Positions 36,632-46,585 of a DNA stretch of 64,000 nt are shown in pieces. Positions within the stretch are counted from its first letter, which is position 1. Every line of letters begins with the position of its first letter. The DNA comes from Flavobacteriales bacterium (GTDB lineage: Bacteria; Bacteroidota; Bacteroidia; Flavobacteriales_D; CALLUQ01): contig OY769938.1 in the NCBI GenBank assembly GCA_963669295.1, positions 1,890,278-1,954,277 of the forward strand, written 5' to 3'. The notes below the pieces were generated by a model. It was not told the origin of the DNA, did not search any database, and saw only the letters and a list, made by a program, of their open reading frames with translations. Position numbers and translations under genes: made by a program.

Positions 36632-37609
36632 CTAAAAATTAACAATTGTCCAATACACTCCCCTTACAACTTCCGCCATCTTCTCATAATCTAAGGTGTT
36701 CGCTTTATCACTTTTTTCATGATAGTTTTTGTTTCGGTAAAATGCTGTATCGGTAATCATTACAGCTCTATAGCCATACTTCCAATAATTGAGGTGATCC
36801 GAAAAATCAATCCCTGGTATAGAAGCAGGGGCACTAATTGATTTTACTTGTACCTGACAACCTGCTTTCATGTTTTTCTTCACATTTCGGATGATGCTGC
36901 GCTGTCCCAACTTTCCAACTACTGCAATGTAATTCCCGGTTGTGGGGTAAAACAATTTTAATAACCCAATAGGGTATTCCTGTGATTTTTTTGCTTCATT
37001 GAAGTAACCAATCATTTCTAAACAAATCATTCCTTTTACCGGCACCTTGTTATCGTACAATGATTTAGCATGCACGGCACTACCCATGTTTTCGGTTCTA
37101 AAATAAGGGGGTTCTTCCAATGTGTAGGCCACCAGGTCAACCCGGTACTTCAAAGTAGGGTTTTGATGCTTTAACACTCGAGCAAGCTCTAGTAACCCTG
37201 CCGTTCCGCTACCATTATCGTCTGCTCCATCTTGTTCATCACACACATCATAGTGTGCGCCTATAATTAACCGTTCAGCATCTTGCGGCCCAAAAGAACA
37301 AATGATGTTTTTGTATTCATTTCCTCCAACGCTAAACTTTTGTTCTTCTGCCTCTACCCCAAGTGCTTCAAACTCAGTTTTGATGTATTGTGCTGCTGCA
37401 TTTAGTGAAGCAAGGTTCTGATAGTTCCTTGGCTTTGGTGTGCCCACAAGGGCTGCAACATCTTGCTTTAATCGTTCAGCACTTACAGGAATTGCAGTTG
37501 CAGACTCATTGTACGAAGTAAAAAAAACAGGAGTTGTAACAGCATAAATAGCCGTTACCACCAATACGAAAAGAAACAGAAATATTGATCTGGTTAGCTT
37601 TTTTAACAT
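36632..37609 (-). CDS. M28-family metallopeptidase
   Basis: 325 aa with 'GAHYDV', 'GADDNGSGTAGLLELAR' and 'EEPP..GS'. Confidence 0.85.
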   Translation of the reverse strand: MLKKLTRSIFLFLFVLVVTAIYAVTTPVFFTSYNESATAIPVSAERLKQDVAALVGTPKPRNYQNLASLNAAAQYIKTEFEALGVEAEEQKFSVGGNEYKNIICSFGPQDAERLIIGAHYDVCDEQDGADDNGSGTAGLLELARVLKHQNPTLKYRVDLVAYTLEEPPYFRTENMGSAVHAKSLYDNKVPVKGMICLEMIGYFNEAKKSQEYPIGLLKLFYPTTGNYIAVVGKLGQRSIIRNVKKNMKAGCQVQVKSISAPASIPGIDFSDHLNYWKYGYRAVMITDTAFYRNKNYHEKSDKANTLDYEKMAEVVRGVYWTIVNF

Positions 37610-37627
37610 AAAAATGTCTACATCGTG

Positions 37628-38155
37628 CTATTCGGCAGCACCGCTAGAGTTATTGGCGGTGGCTTCAGCGGCAAATGTTTCCAGATCGCGATCGAAAAAG
37701 TAAAGTCCTCCTTTGTCTTCACCAATCATGTTGAGCTTATCCATGATTGTTCGAGCCAGCGCTTCTTCTTCTATTTGCTCAGAAACATACCATTGCATAA
37801 AGTTGTGCGTAGTATAGTCTTTTTCTTGTAGGCACACATCCACAACATCGTTGATTTGCTGTGTTACCATCATTTCATGCTCCAACAGCTTCTTAAATAC
37901 ATCATTTACTCCTCCAAAGTCCACTGGAGGTTGCTCCAACGCTGTGATGACCGCATGGCCCCCCCGCTCATTAATGAACTTCACCAACTTCAGCATATGC
38001 ATCCGTTCTTCATCGGAGTGCATATATAAGAAGTTCGCAGTACCTGTTAACCCTTGCGTTTCTGCCCAGGATGCCATGGCCAAATAAAATTGCGATGACA
38101 GGGCCTCTACTTCTACTTGTTTATTGAGTGCTGCTTCTATTCTTTCTGTTAACAT
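37628..38155 (-). CDS. ftnA: Non-heme ferritin
   Basis: 175 aa with ferroxidase-centre residues in 'EALSSQFYLAMASW' and 'HSDEERMHMLKL'. Confidence 0.93.
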   Translation of the reverse strand: MLTERIEAALNKQVEVEALSSQFYLAMASWAETQGLTGTANFLYMHSDEERMHMLKLVKFINERGGHAVITALEQPPVDFGGVNDVFKKLLEHEMMVTQQINDVVDVCLQEKDYTTHNFMQWYVSEQIEEEALARTIMDKLNMIGEDKGGLYFFDRDLETFAAEATANNSSGAAE

Positions 38156-38407
38156 GATGCTTGATTTTCTCCAAAGTTACGGTGCAATATCGATTTTTTA
38201 AAGAAATATCCTTTATCCCTATTGAATCTAAATAAAATCTTTTGCGCAAAGAGCCTTGGGCGAGTAACTTAAAAAAACATGTTTTTATGCTTTTTAAGCG
38301 CAAAAACTCAACGAAACACTTCTGAACAAGTAAGAAAAAAGTGTAATTGGGTTTTACAGCACCTATTTTCAATGAATCTTTGCTTCAGAACTTAAAATCG
38401 CATTGCT

Positions 38408-40264
38408 ATGAAAAAATTCATCCTTTATTTTGCAGCGTTCTTTTTAACTATCGCTGCTTCGGCACAAGGAAACTGCAACCTTCAATTTACTCTTTCCGAA
38501 AATGGGGGCGTGATTACCGGAACAAATAATTCTACCGGTGGCGCTTACTACGAGTGGTATGTAACCGACCCTAATTGGAATAGTCAAATTGTAACTGGAA
38601 CCAATTTAATGTATAGTGCTACCATTACTGGTAACTATTACGTTTGTTTATATGGCTATGACTCTACGCAACAATTTTGCGACAGTCTTTGCCAAACTAT
38701 TTATGTAAATGCCGGTACTGGTTGTCAGGCCAGTTTTACTTCCCTTAACCAGGGAACAAACGGAGCCTCATTTACCAATACCTCTTCGGGCACCTATGAT
38801 GGCGCTTATTGGGATTTTGGTGACGGCAATACCAGCTCGCAGACCAACCCTACACATAGCTACACCAATGGTGGGCTATACCTTGTTTGTTTGACCATTT
38901 GGTCGAACGACTCTACTTGTTACGATACTTATTGTGACAGTTTATACATCCAAGGGCAAGGGCAAAATTGTTCTGCTGGATTTTTTGCTATTCCTGATTC
39001 GATGGGCTGTGGCGTTTATTTTAACAACACATCTACTCAAGGCTTACAGTACGATTGGAGTTTTGGTGATGGTACTACCAGTACTACACAAAACCCTTAT
39101 CATGTATACTCGCAACCAGGTACTTATACTGTTTGCTTAACGGCCTGGACTCAAAACCCCTGGTGTGCAGACACTGTATGCTCTACTGTAACTGTAAATT
39201 GTGGTGGTGGAACACCTTGTGTGGCTGATTTCTCAAGCAGCATTTTTCAGAACGATGCTTGGTTTACCAATACTTCTACAGGTTCAGCAGATAATTACTC
39301 GTGGAATTTTGGTGATGGCTTCACCAGCACAGCACAAAACCCAAGTCATTATTACGCTCAACCAGGAACATACACTGTTTGTCTTACCATTTGGTCTTCA
39401 CAAGATTCTACTTGCTACGATACACATTGCGAGGTGGTAACCATTGTTGGAGCAAACTGTAATCTTCAATTCTCTCTCTCAGAAAATGGAGGAGTAATTA
39501 CCGGAACCAACAACTCTACTGGAGCTGATTACTACGAGTGGTACGTATACGATCCCAACTGGAACTCGCAGTTAATTTCGGGTACGAACCTTAGCTATAA
39601 CGCAACCATTAGCGGTACTTACTATATCTGCTTGTATGGTTACGACTCTACGCAGCAGTTTTGTGATAGCGTTTGCCAAAGTATAAATGTTAATCTTGGT
39701 GGAGGAAACCCATGTATTGCCAGCTTCTACGCTTATGGCGATAGCACCGGACAAAGCACTGCCGTTGGGTTTGTTAATAATTCCGCAGGCAATTACGATG
39801 GTGTTTTCTGGGATTTTGGTGACGGCAATTATTCTACCGACCCCAACCCAAATCACTCCTACGCACAAGCAGGAACTTACATTGTTTGCCTTACTATTTG
39901 GACCAATGACTCTACCTGCTACGACACATATTGTGATACAGTAAGTACATTGCTTGGGTCGTTCAACTCCGGAAACTTCTTGTTAGGGGTAGAGGATACT
40001 CCAACCTTAGAAGAACTGAACATCTACCCGAACCCTGTAGTAAATGATGTTAACCTTGAGTTTACCATGAACAAACCTACAGATGTTGTGGTATCGGTTT
40101 TCAACACTTACGGCCAGGTAATCGAACAGCAAACATTATATACCAACAATGGTATTAACCGACTCACGATTAATACCAACAGTTGGTCGAAAGGCATTTA
40201 TCTGCTTAATATCACGTCTACTGAAAGCAACCAATCCTTTACGGAGCGGATTGTTAAGCAGTAG
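38408..40264 (+). CDS. Cys-rich PKD-repeat protein with T9SS type A C-terminal sorting domain
   Basis: 618 aa with a signal peptide and five PKD-like units ('W(D/S/N)FGDG.TS...NP.H.Y...G.Y.VCLT'). An N-module of about 85 aa is duplicated at aa about 22 and 352. The C-terminal domain is 'LNIYPNPV..', 'KGIYLLNI'. Confidence 0.85.
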   Translation: MKKFILYFAAFFLTIAASAQGNCNLQFTLSENGGVITGTNNSTGGAYYEWYVTDPNWNSQIVTGTNLMYSATITGNYYVCLYGYDSTQQFCDSLCQTIYVNAGTGCQASFTSLNQGTNGASFTNTSSGTYDGAYWDFGDGNTSSQTNPTHSYTNGGLYLVCLTIWSNDSTCYDTYCDSLYIQGQGQNCSAGFFAIPDSMGCGVYFNNTSTQGLQYDWSFGDGTTSTTQNPYHVYSQPGTYTVCLTAWTQNPWCADTVCSTVTVNCGGGTPCVADFSSSIFQNDAWFTNTSTGSADNYSWNFGDGFTSTAQNPSHYYAQPGTYTVCLTIWSSQDSTCYDTHCEVVTIVGANCNLQFSLSENGGVITGTNNSTGADYYEWYVYDPNWNSQLISGTNLSYNATISGTYYICLYGYDSTQQFCDSVCQSINVNLGGGNPCIASFYAYGDSTGQSTAVGFVNNSAGNYDGVFWDFGDGNYSTDPNPNHSYAQAGTYIVCLTIWTNDSTCYDTYCDTVSTLLGSFNSGNFLLGVEDTPTLEELNIYPNPVVNDVNLEFTMNKPTDVVVSVFNTYGQVIEQQTLYTNNGINRLTINTNSWSKGIYLLNITSTESNQSFTERIVKQ

Positions 40265-40293
40265 CCGGATATTTTGGATGGTTAGAAGCAAAG

Positions 40294-40323
40294 AAAAGGG
40301 GCGACGGGATGTCGCCCCTTTTT
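40294..40323. terminator. Bidirectional rho-independent terminator
   Basis: AAAA-GGGGCGAC-GGGAT-GTCGCCCC-TTTTT between convergent genes. Confidence 0.8.
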
Positions 40324-40354
40324 GATGTTAGTTATTTTGTTTATTGACTTAGAC

Positions 40355-41815
40355 TTACTTTAACTTCCCTGATAACCACTCATTGTAATTGATTAGATCA
40401 ATATCAGCGGCTTCTTCAAAAGTCATTGTTCCAATGATATAGTTGACTTTCGCCATTAATTGTTCATCTTTCTCCAATCGGTCTACGTAAATAATCCGCT
40501 CAATTACTTCGAGTATTGTTTTTTGCCGCTCATAATTCGAGTCTAATAGCAGTTCTTTGAACTCTTTTCGTACCTGTGGGATAAGGTATTCCACATAATC
40601 AGAGTCTTCCATTTCATAGCGAATGATGAGTTCTGATATGTTAATTTTCAATTGAAATGCTTTGTCCAAACTTTTATAACCATCATCTATTTTCAACCGC
40701 ACGATATTTTTATTCGCTTGCTTAAACGATTTGATGTCAAAATATTGCAGCGCTAACTGCAAGTAAATGATCACCATGTTTAAGGGGGTTTTTCTTATGA
40801 TGGCATTTTCCCTGGCCTCATGCAATATTTCAATGGCTTTATTTTTATCGATGTCTTTATAGTTTAATACTAGAGCATTGTAGTAATACAGCAGGTATTT
40901 GTCATGCAAAAACCCGCCAAATTCGGTCATTGACTCCTTTAACATTGCCGTATATTTTAATGACTCTTCCTGCTTGTTGTTTTTGTTAAGTGTATTGGCT
41001 AAATACGTTAACATCTGCAACTTCGTATCATGGTTAGTTTTGTCAAACAGCGATTCTTTTGTGAATTCAGTAAGGGTTTTTAATAAGTATTCTTCGAGCG
41101 ATTTGTAATCGTGTTGCTGCAGTAGTATTCTACTTACCGATTGGTATATCTTCAACCTTAAAACCGGACTTTGTTCAATGTTTGGGGTATTGGAAAAGTC
41201 GTCCACTGTTTTCTGAAGCAAGTCGATGATTTGATAATTCTTCTCTGAAAAGTTTTGGGAGGTCTTAATTCGATAAATTAATGCCGCTAATATGTCGTCT
41301 ATTTCCTGCAGTTGATTGAGGTGGCTCCGGTTTTTCTTTCGTTTTTCAATATATTCTTCAGGGTTTACACTCAGCGATTCATGCGACAGCTTTATAAAAT
41401 CACTGTAAATCAAGTCCAACAATTCATAGCCCAATATCCCGTTGGCTTTTTTCTCTGCTTTATTCAAATAGTGAAATGCCAGGCGATATTGTCGTTTTTG
41501 CTGAAAATGCCTGGAAAGAGCCACATTATAAAGCACTGTATTCCCTTCCGAATGATGAAAGTATTGTAATGTTAAGCTCTTACTGATGTCTTCTGTCAAC
41601 CGGTTTTTTAGCCGATAAAAAGCATTCTTATCTTCAGCCTTATAGAGTTTCTGCTGTATTCTTTCTTCGTCGTAGTTTTCCTGAGCTTTACGAATATAAT
41701 TGAACAACATTTCATCCTTCCTAGCCCCTTTTGAAGAGGTGCGATTCAGATAGAGCTTCAAATGCCGAACCTCTTCTTTATTCATGCTATCTACAAGACT
41801 ATTGAGTGTTTTCAT
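40355..41815 (-). CDS. All-alpha (TPR-like) cytoplasmic protein of unknown function; paralog of 54171..55589
   Basis: Long ORF rich in helix-forming residues, with no signal peptide or TM segment. The N-terminal 45 aa aligns by eye with the other paralog. The start was chosen at ATG 41813-41815 (MKTLNSL), with 41848 as the alternative. Confidence 0.55.
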   Translation of the reverse strand: MKTLNSLVDSMNKEEVRHLKLYLNRTSSKGARKDEMLFNYIRKAQENYDEERIQQKLYKAEDKNAFYRLKNRLTEDISKSLTLQYFHHSEGNTVLYNVALSRHFQQKRQYRLAFHYLNKAEKKANGILGYELLDLIYSDFIKLSHESLSVNPEEYIEKRKKNRSHLNQLQEIDDILAALIYRIKTSQNFSEKNYQIIDLLQKTVDDFSNTPNIEQSPVLRLKIYQSVSRILLQQHDYKSLEEYLLKTLTEFTKESLFDKTNHDTKLQMLTYLANTLNKNNKQEESLKYTAMLKESMTEFGGFLHDKYLLYYYNALVLNYKDIDKNKAIEILHEARENAIIRKTPLNMVIIYLQLALQYFDIKSFKQANKNIVRLKIDDGYKSLDKAFQLKINISELIIRYEMEDSDYVEYLIPQVRKEFKELLLDSNYERQKTILEVIERIIYVDRLEKDEQLMAKVNYIIGTMTFEEAADIDLINYNEWLSGKLK

Positions 41816-41910
41816 AATTACATTTTGAACGCGTAAGAAATTTAACATTTTATCGTAACTTTATCAAAGTTTATTGGTTAAATTGTGTAAAAATTATTTT
41901 TAGCCATATT

Positions 41911-42597
41911 ATGAAAAAGTTATTCCTGTTCTTTGTACTGATCTACTTTGGCCAATCTGCGATCTACGGACAGGGCGTTGATTTAGGAATGCACCAACAG
42001 TTCGGTATAGACATTCCTGATACTGTTGTTGCAAATAATTCTTATTCTGTTACGGTAGCGATTATCAATAACGATACCGCTGACTTTGTTGGCCCGCTAA
42101 ATGTTGTATTAGGTGTTGACTCTGCTCAAAATGGAGTTTATGTTCCTGTACAAAGTGATTCGCTTTTATTGATTCAACTTGTTGCTGGCGATACCACAGT
42201 AGTTAGTTTATCACATTTTATTTCTTTAAACGACTACAAGTTGGAGGGAAATGGCATTGCAATATGGCCAGCAGGCCCCAATGTCAACACTACCGACTCT
42301 GTTTTTAAAGATGTATATGTGGTCATTGAAAGTGGGGTAAAGGATGAAGAACAATGGGAAGGGTATGAAGCAATATCCATGTACCCGAACCCCACAAACC
42401 AATACGTTTATATTACCGACAAAGGAACTGGAAGAGTCGTTGAGCAGGTAAGGATATATGATTTGCGTGGAGCTATTATAGAAATTCTTGGTGCAACAAC
42501 GACCATCGACCTAAGTACTATCAACCCTGGTGTTTACCTTGTTGAAGTAGACTTCGGAAAAATGCGTAAAAAGACATTCAGAATAATAAAGCAATAA
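41911..42597 (+). CDS. Secreted protein with T9SS type A C-terminal sorting domain
   Basis: 228 aa with a signal peptide and the C-terminal domain 'ISMYPNPTNQYVYI..VRIYDLRGAII..GVYLVEV'. Confidence 0.75.
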   Translation: MKKLFLFFVLIYFGQSAIYGQGVDLGMHQQFGIDIPDTVVANNSYSVTVAIINNDTADFVGPLNVVLGVDSAQNGVYVPVQSDSLLLIQLVAGDTTVVSLSHFISLNDYKLEGNGIAIWPAGPNVNTTDSVFKDVYVVIESGVKDEEQWEGYEAISMYPNPTNQYVYITDKGTGRVVEQVRIYDLRGAIIEILGATTTIDLSTINPGVYLVEVDFGKMRKKTFRIIKQ

Positions 42598-42643
42598 TTT
42601 TCCTGTTAGCAGCAGCTTTAGAGTTTATTAAAACTTCTAGAAT

Positions 42644-42669
42644 AACCCCCTTTAAAAAGGGGGTTTTTT
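42644..42669. terminator. Rho-independent terminator between convergent genes
   Basis: AACCCCCTT-TAA-AAGGGGGTT followed by TTTT. Confidence 0.75.
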
Positions 42670-42675
42670 GTTCTA

Positions 42676-43380
42676 TTATCTTATTAAAGGTTGTTGAACA
42701 GATAGTGTTATTTGTTGTGGCGGTAACCACTGGTAATGAATGGTTTCTCTTACCTTAAATGCTCCTTCCAAACGAGCTGTTTCAAAAAAGTTAGTAGCAA
42801 AATAGTAGCAGTTCACCCACTCTATTGGCCAGGCTTCTCGTTGAATTTGCACCATACGTATCCCTTCTCTTCCGGCACTATATGCTCGGTCTAATGTTTC
42901 TATCATCGTTTTCATGGGTTTGTTTTGCGTTTTTGGCGGGGCATCTTCAAGAGCATAATGTAGGAATTGTTCCTTTTTTCGTAGTTCAAGCATATTATTT
43001 TTACTTGCTATCTGTGCATACTCCAGTTGGTAATCTGTAAATAGCTTTCCCCCAACTACCACTAAAGGTTTATTGGTAAAAGAACGCAAGAAGTAAATGC
43101 CTTTGTCTTCTTTTTCACCATGATAAATGGCATCTTCTACCAGTAATCGAAAAGCAATGTGTTGGTATTCGAAAGTGATGTGCTTATTGAAAAAGCCCGG
43201 GCGCATTTTTTTTAAACATACATTTACCAATGATATCATGGCTCTTCCATCAAAGTTTTTTACAACAATTGATGATGGTACAAATGACGCCACTTCTTCT
43301 ATAGCTACACTAAACTGAATCAATTGTACATCATGCAGTTCTCCGACATAAGTAATCGGTAGTTGCTTTAGTCCATTCAT
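42676..43380 (-). CDS. Hypothetical protein, tentatively DUF2071-like
   Basis: 234-aa ORF, last gene of a tightly packed operon. The family assignment rests only on size and loose pattern and is weak. Confidence 0.45.
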   Translation of the reverse strand: MNGLKQLPITYVGELHDVQLIQFSVAIEEVASFVPSSIVVKNFDGRAMISLVNVCLKKMRPGFFNKHITFEYQHIAFRLLVEDAIYHGEKEDKGIYFLRSFTNKPLVVVGGKLFTDYQLEYAQIASKNNMLELRKKEQFLHYALEDAPPKTQNKPMKTMIETLDRAYSAGREGIRMVQIQREAWPIEWVNCYYFATNFFETARLEGAFKVRETIHYQWLPPQQITLSVQQPLIR

Positions 43381-43382
43381 TG

Positions 43383-44336
43383 TTATTGTTTTATTCCAGA
43401 AATTATGTAATAACCAAATTTCGACCTGTTTAAACCTACCAGCAACGACATTAATCCCCCTTTGAAATTGTTAATGCTTTGCTCTCCCAGTGGCTCTTTT
43501 TTCCATTTTTTCTTACACCAAAACTTGAGTGTGACCATGGGCGCGTGTAATACCGACGGTGCTATATTCCATGATATATCCTTTACCTGAATATCTGTGA
43601 GGCCATTAAGCTCCAGTTCTTTTACAAATTGATTGAGTTCTCCAAAACCTGGTAAGGCCCAGTATTTACAAATGCCTCGATAGCACCAATTCATCAAAGG
43701 ATTAAACGTTGTTGCCGGTGCCTTAATAAACCCATCAGCAATTACAAAACGACTGCCCGGTTTTAATACCCTGGCCAACTCACGCACAAAAGACTCCTTT
43801 CCTTTCCCCATAGCATGACAAGCACTTTCTAAAGCATAAGCACCATCTATTGCCCGGTCTTCAAAAGGCAATTGCGTATAATCGGCTTCTAACAAGCGTA
43901 CTTTACTGCCACAGGCCTTACTTAAGGCATTGCCTTGCTCTACTTGCCATGGTACAATGCTAACCCCCACCAATTGTGCCTTTGTTCCTTTCGAATCAAT
44001 ATAACGCGCTGTTGCCCCCATGCCACAACCTAAATCAAGGACAATACCTTGTTTTTCACGCGTAAGCCCCAGTTCCTTATACACTTCCTCATTCATTCTG
44101 TTGAGCATTTGCTCTCGATTGAAGGGGTTCATGCCCCATTTGTAATAACCGAAATGCATGTTGAACGATGGACTCCATTCCTTATAGTCGATTGTAGCGT
44201 TTGCGTAATAGTTAAGTACTCTATTTTTTATAGACTTTTGTTGCCCTTTCTCTGTTGGTAAAAATGCTCTTTTCGACATGTTTGTTCCAGAGGCCAGGTA
44301 GTTACTCCATGCGATTTCTTGTGCGTGCATATTCAA
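43383..44336 (-). CDS. Class I SAM-dependent methyltransferase (sterol/CFA-synthase-like N-terminal region)
   Basis: 317 aa with the 'VLDLGCGMGATARYI' SAM motif I. It is preceded by 'YY..ATIDY..W..SFNMHFGYY', resembling Erg6/CMAS-type enzymes. Confidence 0.85.
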   Translation of the reverse strand: MNMHAQEIAWSNYLASGTNMSKRAFLPTEKGQQKSIKNRVLNYYANATIDYKEWSPSFNMHFGYYKWGMNPFNREQMLNRMNEEVYKELGLTREKQGIVLDLGCGMGATARYIDSKGTKAQLVGVSIVPWQVEQGNALSKACGSKVRLLEADYTQLPFEDRAIDGAYALESACHAMGKGKESFVRELARVLKPGSRFVIADGFIKAPATTFNPLMNWCYRGICKYWALPGFGELNQFVKELELNGLTDIQVKDISWNIAPSVLHAPMVTLKFWCKKKWKKEPLGEQSINNFKGGLMSLLVGLNRSKFGYYIISGIKQ

Positions 44337-45182
44337 TTAAATAAGGTTAAACTTTGTTATCCACAATAATGCCCCTAGTTGCAAGCAAATAAACCAACAG
44401 AGTGTCCATGCTGGCCGCAACGCTAAGAACCGGGCTCTTTTTGCATGTTGCCAAAGCATTATACTACTACTCGCCAAAACAGATCCCATTAGCACCCATC
44501 CACTTGTGTCATTAAGTAATTGTTTCAGTACTATTCCCGGAACTAACACCAATACACCTATTAACATTACAGTAGCCAATTGACCGAGGTAGTCCACTTT
44601 CTTATCGGGCAGTAGCAATAAAGCAATTACTGCTGTTGCCAGCCAACCTGTTCCGGCTATCAGCAACATTTGTCCGCCAAGCACTTGTTCTTCTCCTTGC
44701 CAGACCCCTTCTAACGACCACCCTAACCAGTAAGTAATTGCAGCAGCAATAACCGCTGCAAAAACAATATAGCTTAGGCGATACTTTAAGTTAAAATCAG
44801 GATGTACAATCGGCGCATCTTCCTTCTTAATTGGTACAATGATTCTGCGGTTGTAAGAAATCATTGCGTAAAACCGCTTTAGCAGCCAATATACAGGAAG
44901 AAAGCGCCCTACTATACCAATGAGCTTTATCTTGCTGCTCAACACGTATAATAAAGCATCAATCCCATAAATTGTTTCTCCTCCTTGTTGGTCAATCAAT
45001 GGGATCTCATGTTTTGCCTTTTGCAAATTAATCTTACTTTTTAGCGGGTGTCTTTCCAACTCATGAAATCCAACCCTATTTTTTGATGAGAGCATTCCAT
45101 TTTTTACAAACTGTCCTGTATACCATACACACATAGGACACTTGTTGTCGTACACCATTATTTTCTGATCAATTGCTTTCAT
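44337..45182 (-). CDS. DCC-family (DUF393) thiol-disulfide oxidoreductase fused to a polytopic membrane domain
   Basis: 281 aa with N-terminal 'VYDNKCPMCVWY' (DxxCxxC). The C-terminal half has about 4 TM helices. It abuts the methyltransferase gene with 0 nt spacing. Confidence 0.7.
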   Translation of the reverse strand: MKAIDQKIMVYDNKCPMCVWYTGQFVKNGMLSSKNRVGFHELERHPLKSKINLQKAKHEIPLIDQQGGETIYGIDALLYVLSSKIKLIGIVGRFLPVYWLLKRFYAMISYNRRIIVPIKKEDAPIVHPDFNLKYRLSYIVFAAVIAAAITYWLGWSLEGVWQGEEQVLGGQMLLIAGTGWLATAVIALLLLPDKKVDYLGQLATVMLIGVLVLVPGIVLKQLLNDTSGWVLMGSVLASSSIMLWQHAKRARFLALRPAWTLCWFICLQLGALLWITKFNLI

Positions 45183-45208
45183 CTTCTTTTATGGATTATG
45201 CCGCCAGA

Positions 45209-45589
45209 TCATGAGGGGGGGGTGAACTTTGGTGGCAGGGGGTGTTTTTTTGCCTTCTTTCTTAATGAATAAAAGATAAGAAGGTTAAGAAAGTGCATGA
45301 TTCCTAACACTATAATAATTGCCCCAAGCTTATAGCTTAATGTTTCTATCATCTCCCGGTAATTTTCTATTTCTCCCCAAACACGCAATGTTAATACAGC
45401 ATAGCCAATGTTTAACAGGTAAAATCCCACAAGCAATAATCGGTTTACGCTATCGGCCATTGAGTGATCGCCATGAAAAATGTCGATCAAGAACCGTTTC
45501 CCATTTTTGAATAGTGTTGTGGCAACCCAAATTGTAAGAGCAATTGAGATAACCAGATAAATGATATATGCTAAAACAACGCAGTCCAT
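45209..45589 (-). CDS. Small integral membrane protein (3 predicted TM)
   Basis: 126-aa hydrophobic ORF lying in the operon, with a basic C-terminal tail. Confidence 0.6.
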   Translation of the reverse strand: MDCVVLAYIIYLVISIALTIWVATTLFKNGKRFLIDIFHGDHSMADSVNRLLLVGFYLLNIGYAVLTLRVWGEIENYREMIETLSYKLGAIIIVLGIMHFLNLLIFYSLRKKAKKHPLPPKFTPPS

Positions 45590-45606
45590 AGTATTCGGTT
45601 TTAAGG

Positions 45607-46002
45607 TTATAAATTAATGTTGGGTAAAAATGTGCTTCTCTTTTTTTGCTTCACAGGCCCAAATGTTTCCAAAATCGTTAGCACATAGAAATAAATGGCC
45701 AATAACCATGGCGGGCCAAATAACCAGATACTTACCACTTCATCATTTCCCACAGCTCCAAGCAATCCAAGCATTAAGAAGTAAACCAATACCAACACCC
45801 AATATATTTTGATGTGTTTTTGTACGAGCGGCTTATGGTATTTTATGGTTCCCACCTTTACCACTCCACTAATCAGTTGATAACAACCAATAAAAAACTG
45901 CACGTATAGCGCAATAAAAAGTCCTTCAAACCCGTAAACGATCATACTTCCAGGTATGATTCCCAATAACAATGTTTGGAGGGCGAAATCAGCTTTTCTC
46001 AT
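45607..46002 (-). CDS. Small integral membrane protein (4 predicted TM)
   Basis: 131-aa hydrophobic ORF, 17 nt upstream of the next gene. Confidence 0.6.
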   Translation of the reverse strand: MRKADFALQTLLLGIIPGSMIVYGFEGLFIALYVQFFIGCYQLISGVVKVGTIKYHKPLVQKHIKIYWVLVLVYFLMLGLLGAVGNDEVVSIWLFGPPWLLAIYFYVLTILETFGPVKQKKRSTFLPNINL

Positions 46003-46057
46003 GATTTTTTGTTTTTAATACTTTCAATAATTATTGAAAGCATGTTTGCAAATTTTT

Positions 46058-46558
46058 TTATTTCAACAGCTTCGTAAAGGTTCCAAAAAACCAGTGTTCG
46101 TCTGCTTTTACCATTCTTTCCAGAGCTTTATCAGCCTTGGTTGAAAATTTTTCAAGGGTGCCAATCATTGCTGTAAACTCTTCTGCTTCCTCATGTGTTT
46201 CTTCTACTTCTTTTACCTGACCTAATATTCTAATGATGGGTTCTAGTTCTCTCCTTCTTCGCTCAATAGAAATGCGCTTAGCCACCTCCCAAATGTCTTT
46301 CTCTGCTACAAAAAACTCCCTTCTCTCTCCTGGTTTCAGTTCTTTATACACAATGCCCCAATCAATTAATGCTCTTACGTTCATATTGGCATTGCCTCTT
46401 GAAATGTTCAATTGGCTCATGATGTCTTCTGCACTCAATGGCTCTGGAGAAATTAACAACAATGCATGTACTTGTGCCATGGTTCTGTTGATTCCCCACT
46501 TCGAGCCTAGCGTTCCCCAGGCTTGAATGAATTTATCACGTGCTTCTTCGAGTTTCAT
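46058..46558 (-). CDS. GbsR/MarR-family winged-helix transcriptional regulator
   Basis: 'FIQAWGTLGSKWGINRTMAQVHALLL.S.EPLSAEDI...L.ISRGNANMNVRALIDWG' is typical of GbsR-type regulators. The start was placed at MKLEE (46558), with 46573 as the alternative. Confidence 0.8.
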   Translation of the reverse strand: MKLEEARDKFIQAWGTLGSKWGINRTMAQVHALLLISPEPLSAEDIMSQLNISRGNANMNVRALIDWGIVYKELKPGERREFFVAEKDIWEVAKRISIERRRRELEPIIRILGQVKEVEETHEEAEEFTAMIGTLEKFSTKADKALERMVKADEHWFFGTFTKLLK

Positions 46559-46585
46559 ATCACAAACATACATGCTTTTTCTAAA

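Noticed and set aside
38121-38529. ORFs 38121..38372 (-) and 38347..38529 (+) in the ferritin / PKD-protein divergent region
   Set aside because: They overlap the starts of the two supported genes and have no motifs. I looked for a Fur-box-like palindrome here and found none convincing.
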